Source: Basidiobolus meristosporus CBS 931.73
Taxonomy: Eukaryota > Fungi > Basidiobolomycota
Assembly: GCA_002104905.1 (NCBI GenBank)
Contig: MCFE01000146.1
Coordinates: forward strand, 90,558-154,557
Reading direction: 5' to 3'
DNA: 64,000 nucleotides
Shown: positions 12,000 through 24,760 of the stretch, in pieces
Layout of the letters: each line of letters opens with the position of its first letter
Position numbering within the stretch: position 1 is the first letter of the stretch
The notes under the pieces: generated by a model
Databases searched by the model: none
What the model was told of the DNA's origin: nothing
What the model saw: only the letters and a program-made list of their open reading frames with translations
Program-made: the position numbers and the translations under genes

Positions 12000-12735
12000 T
12001 AGACTTGTTCCGTTGGATAGTGCCACATTGAGCCATGAGTGCCAAATGATGCCATAGTGTGCCAGAGAGGTCAAGTGAGCCTATACTTGGCCACAGAGTG
12101 TGAAACATAGCTCTGCATCTTCATGTAAAGCAGCCCCTGTGTTTCACCCATTGCGCAGGAGAAAATCCATTTTTTGACCTCTTTTTGTGGATCAATGTAG
12201 CTCAGGATGTGTGAGAGCACAGGAGAACTGAAGATATGCATCTGGTACTCAATACCCATGGCACTCTGAATCTAGCTCCTGTAGCTTATATCATGTCACA
12301 AAAATGAATGGCACTATCTTGGTCCACTGGTACAATCTGGCACTATATTTAAATATTAGCCCTAAAGTAAGATCTATACAAAGCACTTATAGTGCCAGAT
12401 AGCACCAGTGGACCAAGATAGCGCCATTCATTTTTGTGACATGATACAAGCTACAGGGGCTAGATTCAGAGTGCCATGGGTATTGAGTACCAGATGCATA
12501 TCTTCAATCTGCTTGTGCTCTAACATATCCTGCACAACATTGATCCAAAAAAAAAGGTCAAAAAATGGATTTTCTCCAACACAATTGGTGAAACACAGGG
12601 GCTGCTTTGCATGAAGATGTGGAGCTATGTTTCACACCCTGTGGCAAGGTAGAGGCTCAATTGGCCTCTCTGGCACACTATGGCATCATTTGGCACTCAT
12701 GGCTCAATGTGGCACTATCCAACGGAACAAGTCTA
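12000..12735. mobile_element. Foldback/MITE-like element: two 348-bp inverted arms around a 40-bp spacer
   Basis: 12000-12347 is the reverse complement of 12388-12735 with scattered mismatches. Termini TAGACTTGTTCCG...CGGAACAAGTCTA; repeated GTGCCA motifs near the arm ends; no ORF. Confidence 0.88.
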
Positions 12736-13436
12736 TTTTTCAACAGTCTCTGCACGGTTTCTTGACAGGTGCAGTACCTCTTGGCCACAGGACTTTTGTG
12801 ACTGCCTTTTGAGCCAATCATCACAATAATTTTGCATAGGGTTCCCATGCAGCAGGTCAAAAGTGGAGCCACATTGCACAATGATGTAAGCTATTCTTCA
12901 TAATAAAATTCTAAGTACAGGCTGCTAAGCCCCTCTGGCATGCTGTAATAATACTTTGAGCGCAAGGCTCTGTGTGGTATTACATGGCAGACCATGATTG
13001 CCAAGCAAAGATAAAAAGACTGAATGCTTGTAATAAAAAGCCATATAGTCTGTTCTGTGATTGCTCCAAGAAAAAAGGCTCACCAACAGAGTGCAAGCCT
13101 ATCTGCTCTCACAACAGCACCTAGCCTGCAACTGGCAAGATCCTAAGTTGCAATGGGACACTGGCCATAGAAGCAATTGAGAGGATACCTTATGGAGCCA
13201 AGTGTACCAAGCCACTCACATATGAGTCAATGATTTGGCGTATTTGTTATAAAAGTGGCATGTCTCCACTGCTGATTCTACTGCTAAATAGAACAATGTA
13301 CTTAGCAGTGTTTGAACAGTCCTTGAACAGAATTTTAATGCATTTTATGGTCCTATAGCAGCCTTTGTATGTTTAAACATGTCCAACAGGTCAGTTTATC
13401 CAGTTAGAATATATGAACAAAAGCTTGACAGTATTT

Positions 13437-16400
13437 TGTTGTTAAAATTTGTAATTCCACCTAAATATTCACTTAACTAAGTCTCTAAGATCATTACCTT
13501 CAAATCCTAGAGAATATTCACCAATTTCCTTGATGGCATTTACTTAGAATATTTTCACCAAAATACCAGGTACCCACAACATGAAAATTCTCAAGGCTGT
13601 CCAAGCAGCCCCAAACTTTGCACACATGTACTTGGGACCTTCCATAACCTATGTCACATGTTTGAAATGCCAAGACCATGTAAAAGAATAAATACTACTT
13701 TTACATTGAATAAATCATTAAGTGAAAACCACATAATCTACTTGTACTCTCAATCACTTCCAATACCTCCAAGACTCTTACAACAGGTTATGAGCCCCAA
13801 GCTGTCATACTTTGCAATGTCTACAACTGCTATTACTGGAATTTTTCCCTCTGCTGAAAAGTTGGATGAATCTAACTACCAAGTGTGGAAGGTGAAGATG
13901 AAGATGCTTCTACAAGAAAGAGGCCTTTGGGATATTGTCATGGGAGAAGAATGCCCTCCTAGAAATGTGGGAGCATAAGCCTTAAAATACCATAAGAAAG
14001 AACAAAGTGCCTTTAACTGCCTTTGCCTTATTGTTAAGGACAAGTTGCTAATTTGATGCTCAAGAGCAAAAATGGCAAAAAATGCCTGGACGGCATTACA
14101 AGACATCTACCAGTCATTTTCAGCTGCTAGAAAAATGTATCTGAGACAAAAATCCTTACTACAAAGATGCTGCCAGGAGAAGAAATGAAAAATCTTATTA
14201 ACAGAATTACTCTGCTGGTAGATGAAATGGAATCTGTGGGTGTACCAGCTACTGATGAGGATGTTCTAGTTACCATCCTGAATAGCCTGACAGACATGTT
14301 TCAGAGCCTTGTATCAGTCCTAGAGTCCAGAACTGAAGATTTAACCTTAAATTATATACATGGAGGGCTCCTGGAGGAAGAACTAAGAAAATCAAGCGCC
14401 AATCAGAAGGAAGAAGAGAATGCTTTAATAAGCAATGATAACCAACAAAGGAGGTACCCAAGACCCTACAAAGACAACAGCATCTTGTATTGCAACCACT
14501 GCAAAAGGAAAGGACACACATCAGACCAGTGCTTCAAAAGAAAGATAGGCAGCAGAAAAAGCCTGAATATGGAAACGCTTCAACAACTGAAGATAAACTA
14601 TTCATATCTGCACTAAACATGACCACAAACAAGGACTCTCAGATGCAGTATATTGCCTCTGGAGTATCTTGACACTTTACACACCAAAAAGAACTTTTAC
14701 CCAATATCAAGAAATACCAATCAAGAAGGCTTTCATGGGTGACAATAGAACACTTGATGCAGTGGGAGAAGGAACTATCCAAGTAAACCTAAGAAGCAGT
14801 GAGTGTAGCCATACACTGACCTTTAAAGAAGTATTCTATGTACCATAAGTAGCCAAGAACCTACTATCTGTAAGAAAGGCCACTGCAGAAGGACTCAGTT
14901 TCAGCATTGACAATGCTAGATGCAAGATCACTGATAAAAATGGTGCCCATATTGCTTTGAATGCCAGGGATCACAATCTAGACAAGGTGACTTATACTCC
15001 ATCATATTTGGAAGCCAGTATAAGTAACTTAAAAGAAGAAACACCAATTCTTTGGCACAGGATATTTGGGCACATCAAGTTTGATTATATGCGCAAAATG
15101 ATCAAAAATCAGCTAATTTCCAGAGTAAAATTAATCCCCAGCTAATTTGGAGCACTGTGAAGCATGCATATATGGGAAACAAGCCAGACAACTGCTCAAG
15201 AGCTCTGGGTTAATCAAAAATAAGAAAAACTAGATCTAATTCACTCAGATCTGTGTGGACCTATGCAAAATTCATCCTTAGGTGAGATCAAGTATTTAAT
15301 CACTTTTATTGATTCTTATACAAGATACATATGAGTCTACTTCATGGAGAGAAAGGAAGAAGCCCTGTCTAAGCTCAGGGAGTTTAAAGTCACAGTGGAG
15401 AGAGAAACTGGTGCAAAAATCATGAAAATATGCTCTGACAATAGTGGAGAATATACCTCCAAACACTTCATTCAGTTCTGCAAAGTTCATGAGATAAAGT
15501 AAAAGACTACTGTACCATACTCCCCACAGCTAAATGGAGTTGCCAAACATGCTAACAGATCAATAATTGATATAACCAGATCTATGATTCATGATCAAAA
15601 ATTATCCTATGATATATGGGCAGAATGAGTTGTCACTGTTGTATACCTTAGAAATAGGAGTAATAATAGAATACTTTATGATTCTACTCCATTAGAAGCA
15701 TGTTATGGATACAGACCAAGTGCAGAACATCTAAGAATGTTTGGGTGTACAGCATATGCCAAGAAACTGCCTGGCAATCATTCAAAATTTGAGCCAAAAA
15801 GTGTAAAATGCATATTTTTGGGCTATTGCAATGAGAGTAAAGCATACAGACTCTACAATACTAAAGCAAAGAAGCTGATCAAGTTCAGGGATGTGTGGTT
15901 TGATGAAAATTCAAAATCTTCACAAAAAATGCCATCAAATGGTGACAAAAAGGGATTTCAAGTCCACCAATTGTCAGGATCAAATCAAAGCAGAACAATG
16001 AACATTTTTTCACTCCAGAGGACTCTGAAAATGTGGTTCAGCCAGAATCAGTGCCCAGGAATATACCAGAAGTGATCATTCCAGTATCAAATGCCTGGAG
16101 AAGCAATCAGTCAAAAAATGGCCCAAATTAATATATCAATGAGGGTACAAACTTAGCCTATGCCTATTCAGTCTGTATTGATGAGCCCCAGACTGTAAAA
16201 GAGGCCCTAAATAGCCCACAGACAAAGTTTTGGAGATCTGCAATGATGGAGGAATATCAGACCCTGATGGAAAATCAAACTTGGGACTTAGTCAAATTGC
16301 CAATCAACAAAATCAATTGGATGCAGATGGGTCTTCAAGACAAGCTGCAAGGCTGAAGGTACAATTGAAGGATACAAAGCAAGACTTGTGGCCAAAGGAT

Positions 16401-16497
16401 ACTCTCAAACAAAAGGGCTTAACCATACTGAGACCTTTGCACCGGTAGCCAAGTTTAATTCCATTAGATTAATATAGGCTATTGCAGCCAAATATAA
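13437..16497 (+). mobile_element. 3'-truncated Copia copy (5' LTR 13437-13785, PBS, gag to start of RT)
   Basis: Colinear with the reverse complement of the 3133-7817 element. Many stops and frameshifts. Homology stops abruptly after GCTATTGCAGCCAAATATAA within RT. Confidence 0.93.
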
Positions 16498-16499
16498 CT

Positions 16500-16930
16500 A
16501 TGAGTATGGACTGGAGCTTATGAGAAATACATTAGGTACTTGATACTCTGTAATATCCTCCCAATTCTTTCAAATCTCCCTGGTATCTCAAGCAGCTCAT
16601 CTAGCTTGAAGTGGCAGACATACAACTTGGTCACTTGTAAATGGATATTCTTGAAGAGCAAACACATGGGTTTTGGTTGAAATCTCTTGCTTCCACAGAC
16701 TTCCTCTATCTTTTGTATATATAGCTCTTGATTAATTCAGTATTCCAGACCATGGCCTATAGCTTGCCAGCTTTGCTGCAATTACATGCTTACCTCTGAA
16801 TGTTCTCTTTGTGTGAAGATAATGCTCTTGGTGTGGGTGACTAAATAGTAATAGTGTGTTTGAGTTATAGAGCAAGCCGTGGTAATGGAAAGTATTTCAT
16901 TACTACATATCTCAAAAGCAATATTCCACA
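16500..16930 (-). mobile_element. CACTA-like transposase fragment
   Basis: Minus strand reads PMCLLFKNIHLQVTKLYV...RFERIGRILQSI, homologous to about 9440-9590. Confidence 0.55.
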
Positions 16931-17084
16931 TGTTTCCTAATTTTGCTTTTTGCTATTGTAACACATAAGCAAAAGATCAGGAATTTCCAACTTTAAAGGA
17001 CAAATACTCAAGACCCTGACAGACAATCCACCTAAGCTTATTATGTCTTGCAGAACACTCAATAGCCAACACATATTTCAAATT

Positions 17085-17230
17085 GTGCAATTTTTCATTT
17101 ATCTTATGCACCTATCAATACCCTAACAGATTTCAATTAGTCCAGTCTCTTAGCACTTACTAATGCAACTCAATCAGAAAAGTATAAATGAAGTTTACTG
17201 AACCTTTTGGTTTAGTGTGTGTCTCAAATA
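17085..17230 (+). repeat. Fragment of the LINE-like family seen at 54934-56270
   Basis: gcaatttttcattt...ccagtctcttagcacttactaat...gtttactgaaccttttggtttagtgtgtgtctcaa matches the reverse complement of about 55965-56100. Confidence 0.75.
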
Positions 17231-17442
17231 TAATAAAAGATATCTTCTCTGAGTATTTGTCACAAGTAGTGCCTCCAAGGTCAGTTGGCTGTCTGCACGG
17301 TTTCCTGGGATTGTCCTGTGATCTGGGGTTGGAAGTTCAGGTAGCAGCAGGTAGCAGTGATCACACTAATCAACAAGTTAGTATATTGATAAAAGGGATG
17401 ATGATTTATTGCTGAGGGATTGCCTCCCTGATATACTTTTCT

Positions 17443-17911
17443 CACTGGCTAAGTGATTACTACTCATGGTGTTCCAGAAGGTTTCAGAGATCAATAGAAA
17501 TCTTAATGACATCAGAATGGGCTAAGAGTATTCTAAGTAGGTGCCAGAAGGTTCTAAGAGGCACAGCCCATCTAACCAATCAGGAATCAGTATGCTGAAG
17601 CATATGTAACATAGGGATACCATATATGGTATTGAAATGGTAGGGATGGTGACACAGGTTGATCATGTGTCACAGGTACTGGCACAGGTACTTGTCTAAT
17701 ATAAAAGCACTTACAGCTAGTATTCTTACATAAAGTGAGGGATAACTTATGCAATAAGGTAAGCAGTGTGATAGTCAACTGGCTTATGGGATAGTACTCT
17801 TCAGGTAAGACAAATGGGATAACACTGAAATAAGTGTAGTAGAAAAATAGGAAAGTAGAAAATATGGGAATGAGCACATCTGTCAGTGGGTGTCATGGTG
17901 ACCCCACTACA
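17443..17911 (-). repeat. Solo Gypsy LTR (same family as 1049-1523)
   Basis: Reverse complement begins TGTAGTGGGGTCAC and is colinear with 1049 to about 1518. Confidence 0.8.
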
Positions 17912-17924
17912 ATGTCCTCAACTG

Positions 17925-18450
17925 ATCTGCTAAGTATTTCCAAGTGATTAGTCTTCTGTGATTTATCTAGCCACCTAGCAGTTGCCAAGACATCACAGGA
18001 TTGATAATGCAGTTTTCATTTATATTATGCTCCTATCAGTACCTAAACTGACTTCAATCAATCCAGTCTCTTAGTGCTTACTAATTTGACATGATCAGAG
18101 AAATATAAACAAAGGTTACTGAACATTTTGGCTTAGTTTGTATCTCAACAAATTGAGATTGTCTCAGCAAAATCAGGAATTCAACAATTCCACTCTAGTT
18201 TCCACCCAAGCCTGTAATATCTGGCACTTCTAAGGACACCAAGCCTAGCCTGCATAACAAACCAACTCTGTTGTCTTATAGCCAAACCTAGCTATATACA
18301 ACACCAACATTAGTCCAAAATCACTTTGCTAATATTTCTGCCACTTTCTGGCAATTCTAAGATTCTGCATTTAAATGTTCCTTTGGTTCAGTTAAACCAT
18401 TCAAGAGTTTTATTTTACTTTTCTCATGGATACAAAAGGGTATTACTGGA
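17925..18450 (+). repeat. Fragment of the LINE-like family seen at 54934-56270
   Basis: Colinear with the reverse complement of about 55680-56180 (gttgccaagacat, ccaagcctagcctgc, ggttcagttaaaccattcaagagtttt). Confidence 0.8.
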
Positions 18451-18469
18451 ACATGTCTAGAGTATGAAA

Positions 18470-19010
18470 AATGCTTTCCACCTATGGTGGTAGATTCCTC
18501 ACAGGTTGGTCACCTTGCAACGGTGGCATTTTCTGACTTGAATGTTTTGCAGCTGTTAACACATTCCAGTATTTGGACAGTTGCTGGGTTGTATGTTGCT
18601 AGCTGTATAATGGTTGTCTACCTGTACCAAGTTCATGGTAAGTTACATCCTGGAATGATTTTGGAAAGAAAAAGCATTAAATGCTTGAGACCACTGATAC
18701 TGTTATTGGTGGAAGTATGCCACACCTCAAGCCACAACATTGCATCATTTACCAGTAAATGGATTACTGGGCTCACTTGGCACCATAAAGCATCCTTGGC
18801 ATTTTCTCCTTGTGTGTAGACTCACTATACATTGGGAGTTTGCCAGGCTTATGCAGGTTACTTTTGTCAGAGGAGACATAGTCACAATTCCACTGGGAGC
18901 CTTCTTTGTCAGGGTAATCACTCCACAGGCCATATTCACAGGACTGAGGTAAGGTTCAAGGCATCATAAACTCACCTGAGTCAGTTTGTACAAAGTGAGA
19001 AATACAGCAG
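18470..19010 (-). mobile_element. CACTA-like relic, 5' part
   Basis: Colinear with about 10760-11290 (ggtggcattt...ctgttaacacat...gttrcatcctggaatgattttgg...agccacaacattgca). Confidence 0.55.
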
Positions 19011-19309
19011 GGTGCTGTGATAGAAGTACCAAAGATATTGAAGATCCATGAAGCAGTTGAATGCAATGAAGGAAAGTGGGGTAATAATCAAGAGGCAATG
19101 AGAAGTCTAGAATGGCATCACCTCAAGGCTGGTACAACACAGGATTGTCAGGAACTTAAGGATAAGCCAAATGAGCTTGATCTGCTCCAGCAGTATTATT
19201 CCAGTTTTAAACATGCCAATGGATTTTGGGGCAGCATTGGTATGCTAAGAAGGTATCTCCAATATAGCAGAAACTGTCAAAGGCAGACAAACAAAGTTGC
19301 TGCAGCTAA

Positions 19310-19700
19310 AGACTAGTGGCTTCTGCAAAGACTGTCACTAGCTAGGCTCAAAGCTGCAAACAAGTAGCAAAGAAGTGTCAGGTAGTCAGAAGAGTGCCAG
19401 TTAGGGGCAAACAGGCAGAAACAGATGCAACAGTGAAACATTTATCAAGGAAAACCAATAGTTCAATACAAGTAGTATTCAGTCAATGTATCAGTGAAGG
19501 ACCTGGCAGTAGTAAAAACCTGTGACATTCTCAGGAGCCTGTCACAAGCAGGGCTAAAAGCTCAAAACAGGTGGTAAAGAAGCATCAGGTAGTTGGGACA
19601 GTGCCAGTAAGGGTCACATAAGCAGAAACAGATGCACCAGTGCAGCATTTATAGAGGAGAAACCTCAGTACAGTACAAGAGGCATGCAGTCAAAGTAGTA
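19310..19700 (+). repeat. Diverged tandem duplication of about 190 bp in a decayed coding-like tract
   Basis: aagaag..tcaggtagt...agtgccagt...gcagaaacagatgca.cagtg...cattta occurs twice, at about 19370-19445 and 19560-19650. Confidence 0.6.
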
Positions 19701-20084
19701 GTCAAGTACCTGACAGTGATCAAGGTAAAGAAAATAAAGGCTACCCAAGCCAGAGACAGGGAAGTGTGAAAAAAAGCTGCAGCTCATAACAACTAATGCT
19801 GTCAGCCTAAAGCAGGCTGAATCCTATAATAGCCAAAAGGACTTACCTACAATGCAACAATGGTTTTCACAAGAGTTGGAGGTGAAGCCAATTCAGCTAC
19901 ACTCTGGTGAGGTAGATGAGCATGCAGAAAATGGTACTTTGTTTACAACTGCCTCCTTGTCCTCCATTGTAGAGATAGTTGAGACCCTACTGATAGACAA
20001 AGCTACAGCATGAAGATCTCAAAATTCTATCACAATGCCTGTAGTGGAAACTTGGAACACAAATATGTACACCAAAAGGTTGCA

Positions 20085-20680
20085 GCACTAACTCAAGAGC
20101 AGTGCTCAAGAAAAAGCACTTGGATATTGCAGGTATTTGCAACAAGTACTGGTAGATGAAGTATTAGACCTTGCAATGGCAGCTAAGGACCAGGATGTAT
20201 GGGAACCAGTGAATGAACAGCGCATAAAGCTGTAGGCTTCACACCAAAGTCATTGAAAGCAGGAGTTACAGCAGTAATACTTATATCATGGTGGATTTTT
20301 ATGGTTTACTTATTGAGTGTGGGGTCAAGCTTGATGTTAGTACTTTGTACAGGGACTTGTAAAGGACAGTAAAATTGGCAATTGAGTTGCAACTGAATAT
20401 TGAATGGAATTGAACCAATTTGTATGCTTCAAAAGTAAGCGAATTGGTTGAGTCAGGAAGAAAGGAGTGTGAAAAAGAGGCAATAGCCAATCAACAAACA
20501 TAGAGGTAGGAGGTGATACAGAGTCTGGGATCAGAGAGTGAGTGAATTGGCAGAGAACCAATTAAATGCCACTTTTCCATTGTTATGATGAAGATTTTGA
20601 TCAAGTTTGTTGTAAAGTGTGGGATGAAATTTTTTTCATAGTCTTTGCACAGTCTCCAAACACAACCAATACCTCTTGGC
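20085..20680. repeat. Repeat family X, copy 3
   Basis: Homologous to 1555-2160 and 11580-11990. Confidence 0.65.
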
Positions 20681-20693
20681 TACAAGATTTTAA

Positions 20694-21079
20694 TGTTGTA
20701 ACAGCCTCTTGACAGGATCATCACAGCTATATCTCATAGTGCTTGTAAGCATTGTAATATATTGCAATATTTATGCTACTTATCTACTTGAATAGTGATC
20801 TGGAAATCAAAAATATCTGGCCTAAGTTTTGGATTGTAAATTCATTTGGAATACTACATTCATCATCAGACATAAAGGGTGTAATTAATCTGAAGATTCT
20901 CTCAAGTCCTGCACACCATGCACACATGCTCTTGGGTTCTTCCTATGCATGCCTTATGGGCTTATTTATCAATAATAAGCTACAATTTATACAGAACCAT
21001 GGCATTTGAGAAATCATCAAGTGGGAACTACATAATCTACTTGCATACTCCCACCTGCTATGGCATGATTTCTGTAACA
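20694..21079 (+). repeat. Old diverged solo LTR related to the Copia LTR family
   Basis: TGTT...AACA ends; internal matches tgcacacatgctcttggg and acataatctacttg to the 13437-13785 LTR. No TSD found. Confidence 0.5.
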
Positions 21080-24000
21080 AGCCTGTTTATCATATCAGAG
21101 CATATTGTACAGCACTATCAGACACTGTGATTTGTGGCAAAATGGAAAGAATACTCTGGGCACATATCAGGTTTGGAGTCTTTTACTCTGATGAATGGTA
21201 CTGATACAACCATGGGCTTGGAAGAGATAAATGCAGTAAATCCCCTTTGAACATCCATCTAGTGGGACTCCAACTGATATCTTAGATTAGTGCTTGGATA
21301 TGTAGTAGTAAGTGCTGCAAACTTGGCAAAGAGTTTGGTGTTATATAAGAGATATTTAGTGCCAGCAGTTAGGACCCCCTGTGCTATTGGTATCAGTGCA
21401 TAGTGTAGAGGGGCATAATAGTTCTAACTTCAAAGTGAGCTGACAAAGGAAGTGTCAGGATGGATCTAGCATTGGCTTGAGTTGAAGGAGGACATGCAAC
21501 AATCCATGCAGTTAAATGATCCGGCAAAATATTTCTCCTGCATGGAATCCTGGTCCAACCATGAGCACCACAAAACATGACCAGTCTCAGAATGTTTCAA
21601 TGCAATAGCTCATTGAGTGCAGTAGATGATCACAAAATGACCATACTTTTGACAACTCAATTAGGGCCCCGTACACAGCATACCATCTGATGAATATATG
21701 TGCTCTTATCGGGATGCCGCCCACGCGTGTATCATTGCTAGAGTGAAAACCACTTCAGGGAAGGTGAATATCATGTGCTGTGCTCTGGCACCAGCCTGAT
21801 GGCAACCAAGATATGTCTATGGATCCTAGTCAAGTCCCACCCAACCCACGCATCACTGATTCCTGATCTAGTCCTGAGGTAAGACAATGAATTTTCTTCC
21901 TGTCTCCTAGAGAAGTTCCACGTTCCCAGTGCCACTCCGCTCAGAATAAATCTTGTCGAGGAATTCGAAGGCTGCAGTGTGCAATAAATGTAGCCTGGCA
22001 AAACAGTGAACATCGAGTCTTTCCCGAGGCTCCAATACATGGGCAGCGTTAACGAGGACTCAATCCATCTTGGGGGAGCCAGCTATCCCAATGAGTCCCC
22101 CCCCCTCAAGCTGCAAGCGGTAACGGTCTCCTCGAATGGGGGAGCCTTCATGGGACATCAAGATCACGCAGATGGTATGATTGCGACTTTCAATCCGGGC
22201 CTGATCCACAAGCCTCCGATACATGCTTAAAGCTTGACCGGATGTCCCAGCCCATATCCCGATATTAACACCTCCTGACCCTACTGCGGTCGCTTTTTCG
22301 ACAACCTCACTGATGGCTCAGGCCATATGAATGTTGCTGGGTTATAACCCGCAGTGGGTAATCTGCACCCTAGTGGAGACACCAGGTAACCACTCGAAAC
22401 TATACGACCGAGACACGGTCCAGTTGAATGAGGCCAGGAAAACCTGAAGGGGAAATTCCCTGCACCAAGCGGGCAGTTTGGCACCAACACAGACCACCAG
22501 CTTCCACTGTATAGGTTCCGCTGGCCTCAAGAGTGGGTCATCAGTAGATTCGCAATACTCGTTTGAAATTCACACTCGTGGAACATTGCATTCACCGGCT
22601 CACGCGCCGCTCGGCATTACCTGCTCCCATTAGTCATCCAGTCAAGATTGGCTACCCCCGCTACGAAAAGCGGGACCATTAATTAGCTTGCTTGAGACGA
22701 GCCCATGTAGGTAGACCTAGGGAATCCCCCCCACCGACCATGCTCAAGATAGATACATTTGGAGGTTCCAACGAATGGCACCTTTCCTCAGTTTAGGTGG
22801 AACAGGACAAGACCGGATAAGAAGGCGGGTGACTCTTTCGAGGCCGCTCTACGCGAGCTGTTTTAGTCTACCCACAGATCCCACAGTCTGGCTTGCGCTT
22901 CATCCACCCTGAGAAGCTGAAACAGCACCCAACTTACTCGGCCGTGGGTGGGAGTATCCTCATCCTGCATCGTAGTGGACAGAATAGAAACGCAGCCAAC
23001 GTTGGGACAGATAAGCCAAAGGTCAAGCTGGAATGGGTGGGAAGATCAACGCCATATGAAATGACCACGGCAATGCAAAGTAACACCACCTCCACCGCGT
23101 ACATTCATGTTTGGAAGTGACCAGCGGCTATTTCGTCAGGGTTGGATAGATTTGGAATCATGTGCCTGCCGGGCAGTCCCGATGCAAATGTACTGATGGC
23201 TGGAGGAACGTGTACCACCTAACGTAACGCAAGTCTCAATAAGCGAGCCGCTCATGGGATCCAAGCTTGCGACTGTAGTGGAGGCAGTAATTCGTGGCAT
23301 CAGAAGTTGTACATCACGCGGCTTTCATTCAGCATGACCTCTTCGGCGTGAAAGCAAGTGGATCTAGCGATGCACCAGAGCCACGATCGGTTTCTAGCGG
23401 CTGCCCCATTCGAAAGACTCCAAGGTAGCTCTAGCTCGCCGAATATGGGGGATCTGGAAACTGCCGGACTGCAGCGTGATTGATGGTCCGTTGTGCATCA
23501 TTGGTAGGCTGGTGGACTGGTGGTCAAACCGGTAATGGGATTATCCGGTTACGGGGTCTTGGGAGCTCGGTGCATGAACTTTATCCTTTTCGGGTAGGCC
23601 AGTGGGTTTCCCTGTGTGCCAGCTTATGTCATCGATGGACTGAGTACCGGTTGTACAATGGCCGTTGGTTTCTTCGCATCGAAATTTGTTTCACGATCGA
23701 TGGCCATTCCAATGACATATGCCTTGGATACTGCAGCGTGAGATGGTTCATTGGATATAGCTTAATGAATTTCAGGAGAGTCATTAGGAACATCCGCTAC
23801 AGCGATGGAGCTTTACACCTGTAGAAACATCCCTCATGCCCCAAGAGCCAGGAATGCAAATGTCTCCTGCTAGCCAAGAGATTCCCTGCCAAAGCATGGC
23901 CACACAAAGCTCCGCCGGGCTTCGAGGAATACGTAGCATTCGCATAGGCCTCCATAGAATGGAGCAGCAACTTAACCACTGATACATAGGGAGCTTTGTG

Positions 24001-24304
24001 GAATATGAATTTGACTGTGTGGCGTCGATTGTCCAGCCTCTGGTTTCACACTACTCTCAGTGCTCCCTTGTGTGTATGATGAATCCGGTTGTTGATGATG
24101 TAGGAGTGGCCGTGGTGTATCTCATGTCGGTAATAAATAATTTATTTACACAAGTGGGGGGGATAATGATATTGTGAAGAAATAACCAGCCGGTCTAAAG
24201 ATCCAGCTCTAATATACAAACAGTGCCGACTCTTCCTGTGCCACCTATCTTTGGTCGGGTAGCCGATTTTGTAGCCGATCGGCGCCTCGAACCCTCTTGG
24301 TGGG

Positions 24305-24760
24305 CTATTCTGATGCGTGCTTCTTTTGATGTTTGATCAAAGCTATTCGCCTGGTGTAGCTTTTGTTACAATGGGAGATCATGCACACATAGGGCCTCTC
24401 ACCGGTGTGAGTGCGACGATGCCGCGCAAACGATGAGCTATCACTGAATGTCCTCCCGCACCCCGGATGATTACACTGGTGGGGCTTTTCCCCCGTGTGG
24501 GTACGGATGTGGACTCGGAGTGCGGATTGCTGTATGAATCCCTTGCCACAAATCTCACATGTGTAGGGCCGCTCGCCAGTGTGCGTTCGTCTATGCCGTA
24601 TCATGTCAGAATTCCTGGAAAAGGCTTTCTGACAACTCTCCCAGCTACAAACCAGATGAACCTTTCCTCCGATGGAGCCGGTGTCCGAATCGGACGAGCT
24701 CGCCCGTTGGCGTCGGATTGGCTCGTGGTAGTCAAGGTTCAAAATAAGCTGAAGGTCCAT
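24305..24760 (-). CDS. C2H2 zinc-finger transcription factor with four tandem fingers (about 151 aa)
   Basis: Four Cx2-4C...Hx3H fingers joined by canonical TGERPY/TGEKPH linkers. ATG at 24760 (MDLQLILN) chosen over the upstream GTG. Confidence 0.92.
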   Translation of the reverse strand: MDLQLILNLDYHEPIRRQRASSSDSDTGSIGGKVHLVCSWESCQKAFSRNSDMIRHRRTHTGERPYTCEICGKGFIQQSALRVHIRTHTGEKPHQCNHPGCGRTFSDSSSFARHRRTHTGERPYVCMISHCNKSYTRRIALIKHQKKHASE

